Source: a phage. From it: 64,000 nucleotides of DNA. The stretch's first letter is position 1. Every line of letters starts with the position of its first letter. The notes under the pieces are model-generated. The model was given only the letters and a program-made list of their open reading frames with translations, was not told where the DNA came from and did no database searches. Shown piece after piece: positions 10,205 to 19,547 of this stretch. The stretch lies in assembly GCA_012690745.1 (NCBI GenBank), contig GCA_012690745.1_4086.2; one strand, given 5' to 3'. Made by a program: the position numbers and the translations under genes.

Positions 10205-11407
10205 CTATTGTTGCCATAACTGCGTTGGCATTAATGTTAGTGTAGTAATACTATAAGTGCCATCTGGCAATCTACCACCATTTCCATTCCAGCCACCACA
10301 TGCATATAATTTATAATCTTTAGTAATTATTATGGTTCTGCTCCAATCTTTAGATGCCATAAGAACATTGTCATAACCACCACTTATTGCACTAAGATTA
10401 AAAATATTCCAAGTTCTAACTAATGTATTAGTTCCATTACCTTCTTGACCATATGAGTTAGCACCACTACTTCTAACATATGGTGCGTATTGTGCCATAG
10501 GTGCACCAATTGATGCATTTCCCATATTACTTGGACAAATAAAAGTACTGTACTTACTTACATCAACCGTGACCGATGTGTTCCTAATTGGTGTTAGCTG
10601 ATTTACCGATGTAGTCGTACCATTACCAGCTTGTCCAGTACTGTTAGCCCCGCTATAATATACAGACCCACCAGTAGTAAACCACCAAGTAACATCGTAT
10701 GTAGTACTAATATGTTCTACATTACTAATCACGAATTTGTTCAAATATACAACAGAACTACCACCACATCCACTTTCACCAAAGTTATCCTTACCACAAA
10801 ACCATGCATCTTTATTTGATTTGATATAGTGCGTTCCTTGTAATGAACATGCCATATGTGTAACTTCACCCATATTAGTCATAACTGTGAGTGTAGGGAT
10901 GGAATTTTTATTACCAGAGCCACATTCACCATTGGTATTTCTTCCACACGCAATTACTCTACCATCGGTTAATAATATTCTAGTACTTTCACCTATATAT
11001 ACACTCTTGATCATATTAGCCATAACACCTATTTTATTAAATGCAACAGTAACATCAGTCCATGTTGTCAAATAACCATTAACAGGTGTTGCATCTCCAT
11101 AATCAGAAAATGCACCAACCGACCCAGTGTAGTATATTTTATTATCCAAATCAATCATCAATGAACCTTGAACACCAAGCCAAAAGGCTGCACAGTTCCT
11201 TGCAAGTACTGTAAATGACGAAACTGCTGCTGAATTCCCAAGACCAAATTGATAAAAGTTATTACTACCATAACCATATAAAGTATTAGTTGGGTTATGG
11301 AGATACATACAGTTTGTATAATGTTGTTGTAAAACATCTGAGAACTCTACAGGTTCTGGACCTGGTGCAATATTTGCGTACTTAACCATTCTTCCAAAAG
11401 GTAACAT
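10205..11407 (-). CDS. RCC1-like beta-propeller repeat protein (MLPF-tag family)
   Basis: ORF track; MLPFGRMVKYAN; Gly/Thr/Asn-rich with GQAGNG/GQEGNG motifs. Confidence 0.65.
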   Translation of the reverse strand: MLPFGRMVKYANIAPGPEPVEFSDVLQQHYTNCMYLHNPTNTLYGYGSNNFYQFGLGNSAAVSSFTVLARNCAAFWLGVQGSLMIDLDNKIYYTGSVGAFSDYGDATPVNGYLTTWTDVTVAFNKIGVMANMIKSVYIGESTRILLTDGRVIACGRNTNGECGSGNKNSIPTLTVMTNMGEVTHMACSLQGTHYIKSNKDAWFCGKDNFGESGCGGSSVVYLNKFVISNVEHISTTYDVTWWFTTGGSVYYSGANSTGQAGNGTTTSVNQLTPIRNTSVTVDVSKYSTFICPSNMGNASIGAPMAQYAPYVRSSGANSYGQEGNGTNTLVRTWNIFNLSAISGGYDNVLMASKDWSRTIIITKDYKLYACGGWNGNGGRLPDGTYSITTLTLMPTQLWQQ

Positions 11408-11444
11408 ATTTCCCTCCTTTATTCATTATACTATATTTAATACA

Positions 11445-11473
11445 AAAAGAAATGCCAGTATCAAGTACTGGCA
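11445..11473 (-). terminator. intrinsic terminator
   Basis: GCCAGTA-N5-TACTGGC hairpin plus T-run. Confidence 0.55.
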
Positions 11474-11478
11474 TAATA

Positions 11479-12657
11479 TTATCGGTTAAATTTAAAATCT
11501 GTTATGTGTGTCCATGTATGATTTAATGGGGTACTCATTGGTGTAAAGCCAGCAGGGTCTGACAAAGCTGTACCACGTGCGTACATAAATTGATTGCCAG
11601 TACAATCCATTATAGCATAAGAACGTGTTGCTGTACCACATTTGAATCCAACTGCACTACTTGGGGTTGGTAATACTTCAAATATAGGTGCATTTGAACC
11701 ACCACCCCCATCTTTTGTTCCAGATATGTACAGAACTCCATTAGTATCAATGATTAAGTTAGTCCAATATGCTTGTTCTCGACCAGCATAAAAATATGTT
11801 AAATCCCCGGGTACAAATGGTAACGTACCTTTATATAGTGTAGTATTAACATCCACTGGTGCTCCAGATACACCCCATGAACTCATATAGTTTCTCCCAC
11901 TTGCGTAGAATGTAGTTCCTTTACCGTAAAGTATTAATGTTGCTTGACTTGTTCGCATTGCATTATATTCAAACTCAGGATCATCAGTAGCGTCCTTAAA
12001 AATCTGTGTCCATGTTGTTATATTACCAGTAGTCGTAACACCCATTTGATAATAATAATTATCACCAGTAGCATAGAATTCTTTAGGGCCAGTTTGTACA
12101 ATTGCATTCCCATTAGTTAACCAAAAATCTAATGTATTAGTCTTGATCTTGGTTGGTGTGTAATTCGCCACGGTATTTCCTTTTCCGAAATAACCATTAG
12201 CGTTATTTCCATGACCCCATAAATCACCATTAGTTGTGCGTAGGAATAATGTACCAGTATTGAATCCAACTTTTTCTATAGTACTTATGTCAATACCAAC
12301 AGTCGTGTACTTCGTTGTAAAATCTTGAAAAGTACTCCAATAATTAGATGAACCATTAAACATGGTTTGTCTACCAGTGTACTTCACTTTATTATCGTTA
12401 GTGATAAGTAATGTCCCCCACACTGACGCGAACATTAACTTAACATTTTCCATAACAAAGTATGGCTTACCGTATGCTGACGCGGTAGTGTTTAAACCTA
12501 ATAGTTGTCCATCATTACTACAACCCCATACTTCGCCGTTATCCAAAAGCATCAACATAGTAGGTTTGCCGGATGATACATCCAAAAAGAAATCTTTTGG
12601 TGTTGGTACGCCCGGTGCTTCATTTCCATAATTCAACATTCTTCCAAAAGGTAACAT
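11479..12657 (-). CDS. MLPF-tag family protein (divergent body)
   Basis: ORF track; MLPFGRMLNYGN; body more divergent than neighbours. Confidence 0.65.
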   Translation of the reverse strand: MLPFGRMLNYGNEAPGVPTPKDFFLDVSSGKPTMLMLLDNGEVWGCSNDGQLLGLNTTASAYGKPYFVMENVKLMFASVWGTLLITNDNKVKYTGRQTMFNGSSNYWSTFQDFTTKYTTVGIDISTIEKVGFNTGTLFLRTTNGDLWGHGNNANGYFGKGNTVANYTPTKIKTNTLDFWLTNGNAIVQTGPKEFYATGDNYYYQMGVTTTGNITTWTQIFKDATDDPEFEYNAMRTSQATLILYGKGTTFYASGRNYMSSWGVSGAPVDVNTTLYKGTLPFVPGDLTYFYAGREQAYWTNLIIDTNGVLYISGTKDGGGGSNAPIFEVLPTPSSAVGFKCGTATRSYAIMDCTGNQFMYARGTALSDPAGFTPMSTPLNHTWTHITDFKFNR

Positions 12658-12693
12658 AGTTCCTCCTTTATCATTATACTATATTTAATACAA

Positions 12694-12721
12694 ATAAGAA
12701 AGCCAGTATCAAGTACTGGCA
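12694..12721 (-). terminator. intrinsic terminator
   Basis: GCCAGTA-N5-TACTGGC hairpin plus T-run. Confidence 0.55.
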
Positions 12722-12726
12722 TCGTA

Positions 12727-13836
12727 TTACTTGGGTAATGGAATTGTGGTCCATCTATTTGCGGCAACGTCACCTGGTACATATGTAGGACTACCACTTA
12801 CAGCAATAGTTTCATTACCATCATATACAACACTGAAGTTTGTGCACGTATACAACGCTGCGGCATCTGGATTGTAATTTTCAAGTGTTAGTGTATTGGT
12901 GAACAAATTCAATGCAGTAGTTGAGCCGTTTTTACCATATGCACCTGTAGTATATATCTTTCCTTCTGTTGTTGAGTACATATTAACATATGACCCAGAT
13001 GATGATTTAGCAATTTTATCTATCTTGCTATCTATTGTTTTAGAGTTAAATTGAAATGGATATACCTGTACGTTAGTATCTAAACCATTTCCCAGTTCCC
13101 CATTTAACTGCCACCCTGTGTGGTACATTCCCGCATTTGTATATGCAAGCGTACTATACGCATTACCACCCATTATTTTAGTGCCAGATAATTTTAAACC
13201 AAACGATGTCCACTTACCAGTTTCATTTCCTATGGAACCATAAGCACTTGTACCACACGCACGAAGCTCGCCATTTGACGTTAGAAGCACTGTATTATTA
13301 ACGTTACCAAATATATCAATAACCTGATTAGTGCCATTATTCAGTACTGAAGTAAAAGTACTCTGTGAGTAAGTACTACCTGAACCAACAGAACCATTTG
13401 TGTTCATACCTCTTCCATATACAATTTTACCATCAGCACTAACATAGTGCATTGAATCAAAACCAATGGATATCATTTTAATATCAGATATATCTGGAAA
13501 TGAAGAAGTTACATCTACTCCACCTAGTGGAATTGTATTATTTCCTAAACCTAATGAGACATTAGTTCCGTGCATTATAAATTTATCTTCTTTAAAATAT
13601 AAAATATTATATCCACCAGCCCATGCATTATTAACGCCATTTGTAATCAGTACCCATTTATTTTGTGTAGTAGTTCCAGTAATATTTAACTGTTGATAGT
13701 TATTGATTCCACAACCATATAGCGATCCATCACCATATAGTACATATAAATTATCATATCCTGCAATAACTTTCTTTATTTTTTTGGGTACAGGTGCTAC
13801 ATTCCCATACTTTAACATTCTTCCAAAAGGTAACAT
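12727..13836 (-). CDS. RCC1-like beta-propeller repeat protein (MLPF-tag family)
   Basis: ORF track; MLPFGRMLKYGN; GELGNG/LGLGNN motifs. Confidence 0.7.
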   Translation of the reverse strand: MLPFGRMLKYGNVAPVPKKIKKVIAGYDNLYVLYGDGSLYGCGINNYQQLNITGTTTQNKWVLITNGVNNAWAGGYNILYFKEDKFIMHGTNVSLGLGNNTIPLGGVDVTSSFPDISDIKMISIGFDSMHYVSADGKIVYGRGMNTNGSVGSGSTYSQSTFTSVLNNGTNQVIDIFGNVNNTVLLTSNGELRACGTSAYGSIGNETGKWTSFGLKLSGTKIMGGNAYSTLAYTNAGMYHTGWQLNGELGNGLDTNVQVYPFQFNSKTIDSKIDKIAKSSSGSYVNMYSTTEGKIYTTGAYGKNGSTTALNLFTNTLTLENYNPDAAALYTCTNFSVVYDGNETIAVSGSPTYVPGDVAANRWTTIPLPK

Positions 13837-13874
13837 TATTTTCTCCTTTATTCATTATACTATATTTAATACAA

Positions 13875-13902
13875 AAAGAAATGCCAGTATCAAGTACTGG
13901 CC
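13875..13902 (-). terminator. intrinsic terminator
   Basis: GCCAGTA-N5-TACTGGC hairpin plus T-run. Confidence 0.55.
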
Positions 13903-13907
13903 TATAT

Positions 13908-15044
13908 TTAAATTATTGTTGGTAATGGTAATGGTATAAATTCATCACTCGATGGCAAACCATATAACGTAGTTGCATTTCCAGAATAATACCATCCCGT
14001 TGAATCTTGCACTATAGATAGATATGCTAACGATGCCGCCTTTGTTATATCATTAAACCCGTGTGGTACTTCTTTAAATGCAGATGAATATTCAACACCA
14101 GGATCACCAGAAGATAGTGTATTGTTAGTACCAGCATAATATAAAGTATTGCCATCTGTGCTTATAGCAAAAGAAAGAACAGAGTTATTCATATCACTCC
14201 ACAAATCCCTAAACCTGCCTCTATATCCGGTTAATTCTGTATACGAATATACGTTTGTGGTATTTGAAGAAGAATTACCTAGTTGATAATTTCTATTTTG
14301 ACCTGCTATAACATATCTAGTGATACCATTAGTATCATAATATAATATACCAGAGTTTAATGTTGACATACCAACTGCACATTCGGATGCAAATTCGGGA
14401 GCAGAGTACAAATTATAAGAAGTTAAATTTGTGCTAGTACCCAATGCTCCAGTATTGCTTATACCACAGCGGTAGTAACCACCAGTAGTACTAGAATATA
14501 TAGTACCAGATAGAGAAGTGTAGAATTTTGAAACATTTGATGCAACTAATACAGCATTAACTTTGCTTGTTGAACCACCAAATGATTGGTTATTATCATA
14601 TCCTTTAGCATATAATCTATTATCATTTGTAAGTAATCCTACACAATAATAAGTTATTTTCATTTCACGAACTGTGCTTAGATTCACTGCACTAAATTGT
14701 GTCGTAACATCTTTCCATGTAACAACTTTAGAACTTGTCGAACCACCAGATTCAAACCATTCATCACCACAGTATAAAATTTTATTATCTACAGTTAATA
14801 CAACGCATACTAAATTACTAGCACAAGCAAACTTAACATCATCTCTAACTTTAGTCCACTCGGTTACATTCACTATAGTATCAGTTCCTATACCTAATTT
14901 GCCATACGCATTATTACCACGCACCCATAATTCATTATCCTCGGTTATTAGTAATAATGAATTAGCACCTGCAACAATATCACGTATTTTTAGTTTATCT
15001 GGTGCTACGTTCCCATAATTCATCATTCTTGCAAAAGGTAACAT
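13908..15044 (-). CDS. RCC1-like beta-propeller repeat protein (MLPF-tag family)
   Basis: ORF track; MLPFARMMNYGN; first gene of the minus-strand array. Confidence 0.7.
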   Translation of the reverse strand: MLPFARMMNYGNVAPDKLKIRDIVAGANSLLLITEDNELWVRGNNAYGKLGIGTDTIVNVTEWTKVRDDVKFACASNLVCVVLTVDNKILYCGDEWFESGGSTSSKVVTWKDVTTQFSAVNLSTVREMKITYYCVGLLTNDNRLYAKGYDNNQSFGGSTSKVNAVLVASNVSKFYTSLSGTIYSSTTGGYYRCGISNTGALGTSTNLTSYNLYSAPEFASECAVGMSTLNSGILYYDTNGITRYVIAGQNRNYQLGNSSSNTTNVYSYTELTGYRGRFRDLWSDMNNSVLSFAISTDGNTLYYAGTNNTLSSGDPGVEYSSAFKEVPHGFNDITKAASLAYLSIVQDSTGWYYSGNATTLYGLPSSDEFIPLPLPTII

Positions 15045-15093
15045 ATATCCCTCCTTTATTCATTATATCATATTTACCTCCTAACGAAAACCC

Positions 15094-15122
15094 TTGACAT
15101 TCTTTCAGTACTGGTGTACTAT
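15094..15122 (+). promoter_or_regulatory. sigma70-type promoter for array 2
   Basis: TTGACA (15094-15099), 17-bp spacer, TACTAT; SD AAGGAG before ATG 15148. Confidence 0.55.
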
Positions 15123-15147
15123 AGAAGGAATATAAGGAGAACTACAC

Positions 15148-15375
15148 ATGACAAATACTCTTAAGTACTACCTGAATACTCTAAATGAACTAGAGTACGG
15201 TGAGTTTCTCGCAGATAGTTCGTGGCTAATTGAGCTAAAAAATTATAATAGTCCAGGATGCACCCTTATGATGAACAATGCAATTGATACCCTCATAGTA
15301 AGCATATTGCACAGCAACATCTGCGGGGATAGCAATAAACAATTATCAAAAATCTTAATACTGCTATCTATATGA
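15148..15375 (+). CDS. small protein, array-2 family (divergent)
   Basis: ORF track; first gene after promoter. Confidence 0.55.
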   Translation: MTNTLKYYLNTLNELEYGEFLADSSWLIELKNYNSPGCTLMMNNAIDTLIVSILHSNICGDSNKQLSKILILLSI

Positions 15376-15575
15376 ACATTGAACAGTACTACATCGATGC
15401 ACTACCAACAAAAGGTCTACGAGAAAGCCTAGAGTATACACAAAATAATTTTATACAATTCAAACATTGTCCTAAACTCTTGAACTCGTACAGGAATAAT
15501 AAAATAAGAAATGCTGTACAAGGGGTAGAAAGTATGCAATACTATTACATCCTAACCCTTTTAATCGAGCACTAA
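15372..15575 (+). CDS. small protein, array-2 family
   Basis: ORF track; ATGA stop/start overlap. Confidence 0.55.
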   Translation: MNIEQYYIDALPTKGLRESLEYTQNNFIQFKHCPKLLNSYRNNKIRNAVQGVESMQYYYILTLLIEH

Positions 15576-15576
15576 T

Positions 15577-15786
15577 ATGAATACTGAACATAAAGAATTC
15601 TACACCAAATACCTTAGCAACGAAGAACAATTGTTTCTAAGGAGTGTATCACCTTTAAGTACCAATACTCACTTCGGTAGAGATTGCTTTAATAATTGTA
15701 TACGTAGTACTCTAGAAGCAATCGAATGCAATAACAAAAATATTATGTACTCAGGTTTAATAGGACTAATCTACTTATATGAATAA
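15577..15786 (+). CDS. small protein, array-2 family
   Basis: ORF track; MNTEHKEFY N-term; near-duplicate of 18958..19167. Confidence 0.6.
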   Translation: MNTEHKEFYTKYLSNEEQLFLRSVSPLSTNTHFGRDCFNNCIRSTLEAIECNNKNIMYSGLIGLIYLYE

Positions 15787-15973
15787 TCATAAAGATTTCT
15801 ATTGTAGTAAACTACACAAGCAAGAACAGCTATCATTCTCTTTAGCACGACCTATGAGAAAGAATAATCTGTATTATAATTACGATTTCAGGATAGAGAC
15901 ACGTGATGCAATAGAACATACGTTCCCTGCAACTAAGTACCGCTCTATCCTGAACCTCATCTTTAAGTTCTAA
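15779..15973 (+). CDS. small protein, array-2 family
   Basis: ORF track; MNNHKDFY N-term. Confidence 0.6.
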   Translation: MNNHKDFYCSKLHKQEQLSFSLARPMRKNNLYYNYDFRIETRDAIEHTFPATKYRSILNLIFKF

Positions 15974-15983
15974 AAGGTGCTAT

Positions 15984-16193
15984 ATGAAAACTACAAACAT
16001 TCATCAGTACTACATAGATATTCTCCCTAAAGATGTACAGTTCATACTTAAACAAGAATTCAGTACTTTAAAAAAACTAAAAAGAACCGCACCTTCAGCA
16101 ATCATCCAGCACCAAAAAAATGTCGTGCGTAATATACTACAAGGTACACCAGGGACCGAGTACTTTAATATAGTAAGGCTAATTACATTATAA
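15984..16193 (+). CDS. small protein, array-2 family
   Basis: ORF track. Confidence 0.55.
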   Translation: MKTTNIHQYYIDILPKDVQFILKQEFSTLKKLKRTAPSAIIQHQKNVVRNILQGTPGTEYFNIVRLITL

Positions 16194-16378
16194 TGAATCA
16201 TATAAGCTACTACTACCAACAACTATCCGACAGAGACAAGTACAGTCACAACTCTCATGTGTGGTACTACAAACGCGGCAGTATAAGAGACAAACAACAT
16301 TACTTCTGTGTTTCTATTAAAGAAGCACTTACAACTAAGTACACGTACCGAGCAGTACTTAAACTTATTGAAATGTAA
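16193..16378 (+). CDS. small protein, array-2 family
   Basis: ORF track. Confidence 0.55.
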   Translation: MNHISYYYQQLSDRDKYSHNSHVWYYKRGSIRDKQHYFCVSIKEALTTKYTYRAVLKLIEM

Positions 16379-16385
16379 GGAAGAC

Positions 16386-16574
16386 ATGAACACTTTTGAG
16401 TACTACTTCAATAAACTAAGCTCCATAGAACAACAGATGCATAACTCATATATTAAGCACTATCAATCATCTGTACCTGAAATTAAAAACATATCGATTG
16501 AGGTTATCACTGACAGGGTACTGTCATCGGAACGTTATATGTATATTGATGTACTGAAACTAATCTCTATATAA
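16386..16574 (+). CDS. small protein, array-2 family
   Basis: ORF track 16308..16574 trimmed to MNTFEYYF ATG. Confidence 0.55.
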   Translation: MNTFEYYFNKLSSIEQQMHNSYIKHYQSSVPEIKNISIEVITDRVLSSERYMYIDVLKLISI

Positions 16575-16582
16575 GGAATAAA

Positions 16583-16765
16583 ATGAACATAGAATTCTAT
16601 TTAACTAAACTACAACACGCCGAAAGATTCAACTTCAATAAGTTCAATATTTTCTACAATTGCGGGAACAAAAAAGATAAACACACCTTCCTATATGTCG
16701 TCACAAGAGATGCACAAAACGAAAAGTACACATACAGAGAAGTAATGAAACTAATCTCTATATAA
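16583..16765 (+). CDS. small protein, array-2 family
   Basis: ORF track; C-term MKLISI like neighbour. Confidence 0.55.
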   Translation: MNIEFYLTKLQHAERFNFNKFNIFYNCGNKKDKHTFLYVVTRDAQNEKYTYREVMKLISI

Positions 16766-16773
16766 GGAATACT

Positions 16774-16953
16774 ATGCAACAATTCTATATAGAACGTATA
16801 ACCATAAAAGACCGTTTCATGTACGACACATTCGTTGATTACTACAAACTAGGAACAAAAAGTACTAAAAATATTAATCTCAATAGCTGCATTTATGCTG
16901 TACTAACACAAGATAATCCCTACAGGGAAATCCTCGCCCTGGCATCTATATAA
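16774..16953 (+). CDS. small protein, array-2 family (59 aa)
   Basis: manual ORF MQQFYIERI...LALASI, just under the track length cutoff. Confidence 0.45.
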   Translation: MQQFYIERITIKDRFMYDTFVDYYKLGTKSTKNINLNSCIYAVLTQDNPYREILALASI

Positions 16954-16963
16954 AGGAAACCAA

Positions 16964-17635
16964 ATGAAACTTAATGCACACAGCAAACAATACCTTAAGC
17001 ACTTTAAGTACCTCAATAGTATTCAGGCAGAATCAGTTACATCTGCATATACGTATCACCCGAATGTACTAAAGAAACGAAATAAAAAGGAAAAATCCAG
17101 TACAAATGGAGTTAACGTATCAAAGAACCTTGAATTGTACATGAAGAAAAATAATATAGCTGTTCATTATATGAATATCTATAATACTGATTTAAAAGTA
17201 TTGAGTACTAATACGAGCACAAAGGTACTAAAGAACGCATCCTTCATCATCAATATGCAGTTGGATAATACCCCGTGCACTTTAATGCTATACTTCGGGA
17301 ATACATACTTCTTCGGGAATTGTAACACCTCCCACGATGTCAATACAGCACAATTCCAAATGGGTGGCATATACTCTACTGATGCAGAAAAAGTACACGA
17401 GAATATGCACTTCTGGCAAGCACAACGTACAGAAGAAACTGATACAGTACTGCAATTCCTCAAAGAACTAGAACACAAAGAACTACAGGAAGAAGAACTA
17501 TTCATGTACAGTACTGTAATCGATAATCCAGTACTCTATAAAAACGCGTACAATCTGACAAAACATGTACAGGAAATTATCAGTACTAATAAGAAAATGC
17601 ATCACCTCATTACGTATATTACAAACTATGTATAA
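16964..17635 (+). CDS. hypothetical protein (223 aa) embedded in array 2
   Basis: ORF track; contains EEELFMYSTVID, resembling the array-4 motif. Confidence 0.55.
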   Translation: MKLNAHSKQYLKHFKYLNSIQAESVTSAYTYHPNVLKKRNKKEKSSTNGVNVSKNLELYMKKNNIAVHYMNIYNTDLKVLSTNTSTKVLKNASFIINMQLDNTPCTLMLYFGNTYFFGNCNTSHDVNTAQFQMGGIYSTDAEKVHENMHFWQAQRTEETDTVLQFLKELEHKELQEEELFMYSTVIDNPVLYKNAYNLTKHVQEIISTNKKMHHLITYITNYV

Positions 17636-17810
17636 AGAATACTATATCTCTAAACTACCCGTGCAGCAAAAATACTTTGCTGCATACAAAGTTCTTCTCA
17701 TAACTCGTGCCGCTCGATCTAACTACATGAATAGCGTAAAACGTGCTATAGAAAATGATGATACAATGAACCAGTACTATAACATTTTACTCCTAATATA
17801 TAAGTACTAA
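17628..17810 (+). CDS. small protein, array-2 family
   Basis: ORF track trimmed to MYKEYYISKLP; C-term LLLIYKY. Confidence 0.6.
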   Translation: MYKEYYISKLPVQQKYFAAYKVLLITRAARSNYMNSVKRAIENDDTMNQYYNILLLIYKY

Positions 17811-17820
17811 AGAGAACAAC

Positions 17821-18003
17821 ATGCACAAAGAATACTACAGGGATAAAATCCCTATGCATCTCCAGCACCATATACCAACAGAACCAATAGGCATAAAAGA
17901 TCACGCAAAGATAATGTTCCAACAATGTACTAAGTACACGCTCATATACGATGATAATCCATATATGCTGTACTACGTAGTAATGCTAACATTCAGGTAC
18001 TAA
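17821..18003 (+). CDS. small protein, array-2 family
   Basis: MHKEYY...MLTFRY. Confidence 0.65.
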   Translation: MHKEYYRDKIPMHLQHHIPTEPIGIKDHAKIMFQQCTKYTLIYDDNPYMLYYVVMLTFRY

Positions 18004-18004
18004 T

Positions 18005-18196
18005 ATGAATAACCACAAAGAATACTACATAGAGAAACTCCCAATGTATCTCCAACACCTTCTACCAACAGAACCATTGGGTATAGAAAAAAACTACGAA
18101 AAAGACTACTTCATTCAGTGCACTAAATCCTCGATATATATTGAAGACTATAATCGAGTACTGTATCACATCCTTTTACTAATATATAGGTACTAA
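18005..18196 (+). CDS. small protein, array-2 family
   Basis: MNNHKEYY...LLLIYRY. Confidence 0.65.
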   Translation: MNNHKEYYIEKLPMYLQHLLPTEPLGIEKNYEKDYFIQCTKSSIYIEDYNRVLYHILLLIYRY

Positions 18197-18197
18197 T

Positions 18198-18380
18198 ATG
18201 CACAAAGAATACTACACACAATTTCTCCCCAGCATTTTTGAACACTACGCCAGATACAAAGTCCCTATGGATAACGATTTGGCAGTACTGGGATTCAATA
18301 ACTGCATAGAACGAAGTATAGAAAATAGTAGTAGTTATGACCAGCTATATAACACTATCCTACTTATATTCAGGTACTAA
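18198..18380 (+). CDS. small protein, array-2 family
   Basis: MHKEYY...ILLIFRY. Confidence 0.65.
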   Translation: MHKEYYTQFLPSIFEHYARYKVPMDNDLAVLGFNNCIERSIENSSSYDQLYNTILLIFRY

Positions 18381-18381
18381 C

Positions 18382-18570
18382 ATGCATAAAGAATACTACA
18401 CAAAATATTTCCCAATGTACCTCAGAACTAATCTATTAGATAAACCTCGCGGTATCAATGCACAAAACGATAAAGTGTACTTTACTATGTGCACTAAAGC
18501 ATGTATACTAGATCATGACAGCTACCATCGAGTACTGTATCATACCCTGTACCTAGCTTTCGTATTCTAA
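18382..18570 (+). CDS. small protein, array-2 family
   Basis: ORF track trimmed to MHKEYYTKYFP. Confidence 0.6.
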   Translation: MHKEYYTKYFPMYLRTNLLDKPRGINAQNDKVYFTMCTKACILDHDSYHRVLYHTLYLAFVF

Positions 18571-18579
18571 GAGAACAAT

Positions 18580-18765
18580 ATGCATAAAGAATTCTACTTA
18601 AGCCATCTCGATCTAAACTCCCAAATGCTTATACCACAAATCCCAATAGATATCAAGGATAAGAAAAATACCGAACAATTCATTTACCATACACAGTGTG
18701 CGATCACCCCAAATTACATTCCATATGAATTGTACTACATTATCGCCCTAATATATAGGTACTAA
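18580..18765 (+). CDS. small protein, array-2 family
   Basis: MHKEFY...IALIYRY. Confidence 0.65.
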   Translation: MHKEFYLSHLDLNSQMLIPQIPIDIKDKKNTEQFIYHTQCAITPNYIPYELYYIIALIYRY

Positions 18766-18766
18766 T

Positions 18767-18952
18767 ATGCATAGAGAATACTACACACAATTTGTTAAAG
18801 GGAACTACAAATGTGCCGTACCCAGAACCCCTTTAAATTCTCATGACCCAAGTACTATATTCTTGTTTAATGACGCAATACGTACAGTACTCAATACTAA
18901 AGATGAAGATGTGCAGTACGTATTCTTACTATTACTTATATACAGACACTAA
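18767..18952 (+). CDS. small protein, array-2 family
   Basis: MHREYY...LLLIYRH. Confidence 0.65.
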   Translation: MHREYYTQFVKGNYKCAVPRTPLNSHDPSTIFLFNDAIRTVLNTKDEDVQYVFLLLLIYRH

Positions 18953-18957
18953 CTAAT

Positions 18958-19167
18958 ATGAATAAAGAACATAAAGAATTCTACTCCAAATACATAAGCC
19001 CCTCAGAACAAATGTTTCTAAGGACTACACCACCTTTAAGTACTAATACATATTTCGGCAGAGTATGCTACAATAATTGTATTCAAATGACTTTAAACGC
19101 AAATGAAGATGGTAACAGTACTAACCTGTACTCCGGCATCATAGGTATACTATTCCTGTATGAATAA
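18958..19167 (+). CDS. small protein, array-2 family
   Basis: MNKEHKEFY; near-duplicate of 15577..15786. Confidence 0.65.
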   Translation: MNKEHKEFYSKYISPSEQMFLRTTPPLSTNTYFGRVCYNNCIQMTLNANEDGNSTNLYSGIIGILFLYE

Positions 19168-19348
19168 TTACAAAGACTTCTATTTGAATACACTACCTAC
19201 TGTACTTTCTCTAAGTGCTCAATGTAAAATCCCGCTGGATAATGCTTACGCCAGATATAGCTATTCCATAACTGTTAATCGATGTATAGAGAATCATTGC
19301 AGTACTAACCAGTACTATAACATAATCCTACTTATATTCAGGTACTAA
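19160..19348 (+). CDS. small protein, array-2 family
   Basis: MNNYKDFY...ILLIFRY. Confidence 0.65.
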   Translation: MNNYKDFYLNTLPTVLSLSAQCKIPLDNAYARYSYSITVNRCIENHCSTNQYYNIILLIFRY

Positions 19349-19349
19349 T

Positions 19350-19532
19350 ATGAATAAAGAACATAAAGAATTCTATATACGAAAACTAACATTCGTCCCC
19401 GTAAGAATATATAAAGAATGCGACCCAAGATTATACCTATGGCACTTCAATGAGTGCATAAAAGATTCTATATACCCTAAGAACTATAAAGAACAATTGT
19501 GCTCAGTACTAACACTAGTACTATCATATTAA
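19350..19532 (+). CDS. small protein, array-2 family
   Basis: MNKEHKEFY. Confidence 0.6.
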   Translation: MNKEHKEFYIRKLTFVPVRIYKECDPRLYLWHFNECIKDSIYPKNYKEQLCSVLTLVLSY

Positions 19533-19547
19533 TTAATAGAGAATACT

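Noticed and set aside
311-15044. Calling the RCC1-like array tail fibres or receptor-binding proteins
   Set aside because: Plausible, but no tail-fibre hallmark (N-terminal baseplate-attachment domain, intramolecular chaperone, coiled-coil shaft) is visible; kept as a hypothesis only.
17179-17505. Antisense ORFs inside the arrays (for example 17179..17505, 47541..47903, 57437..57889, 6494..6682, 22540..22791, 32650..33030, 36588..36860)
   Set aside because: They overlap well-supported sense genes or intergenic cassettes, lack SD or promoter context, and have low-complexity translations.
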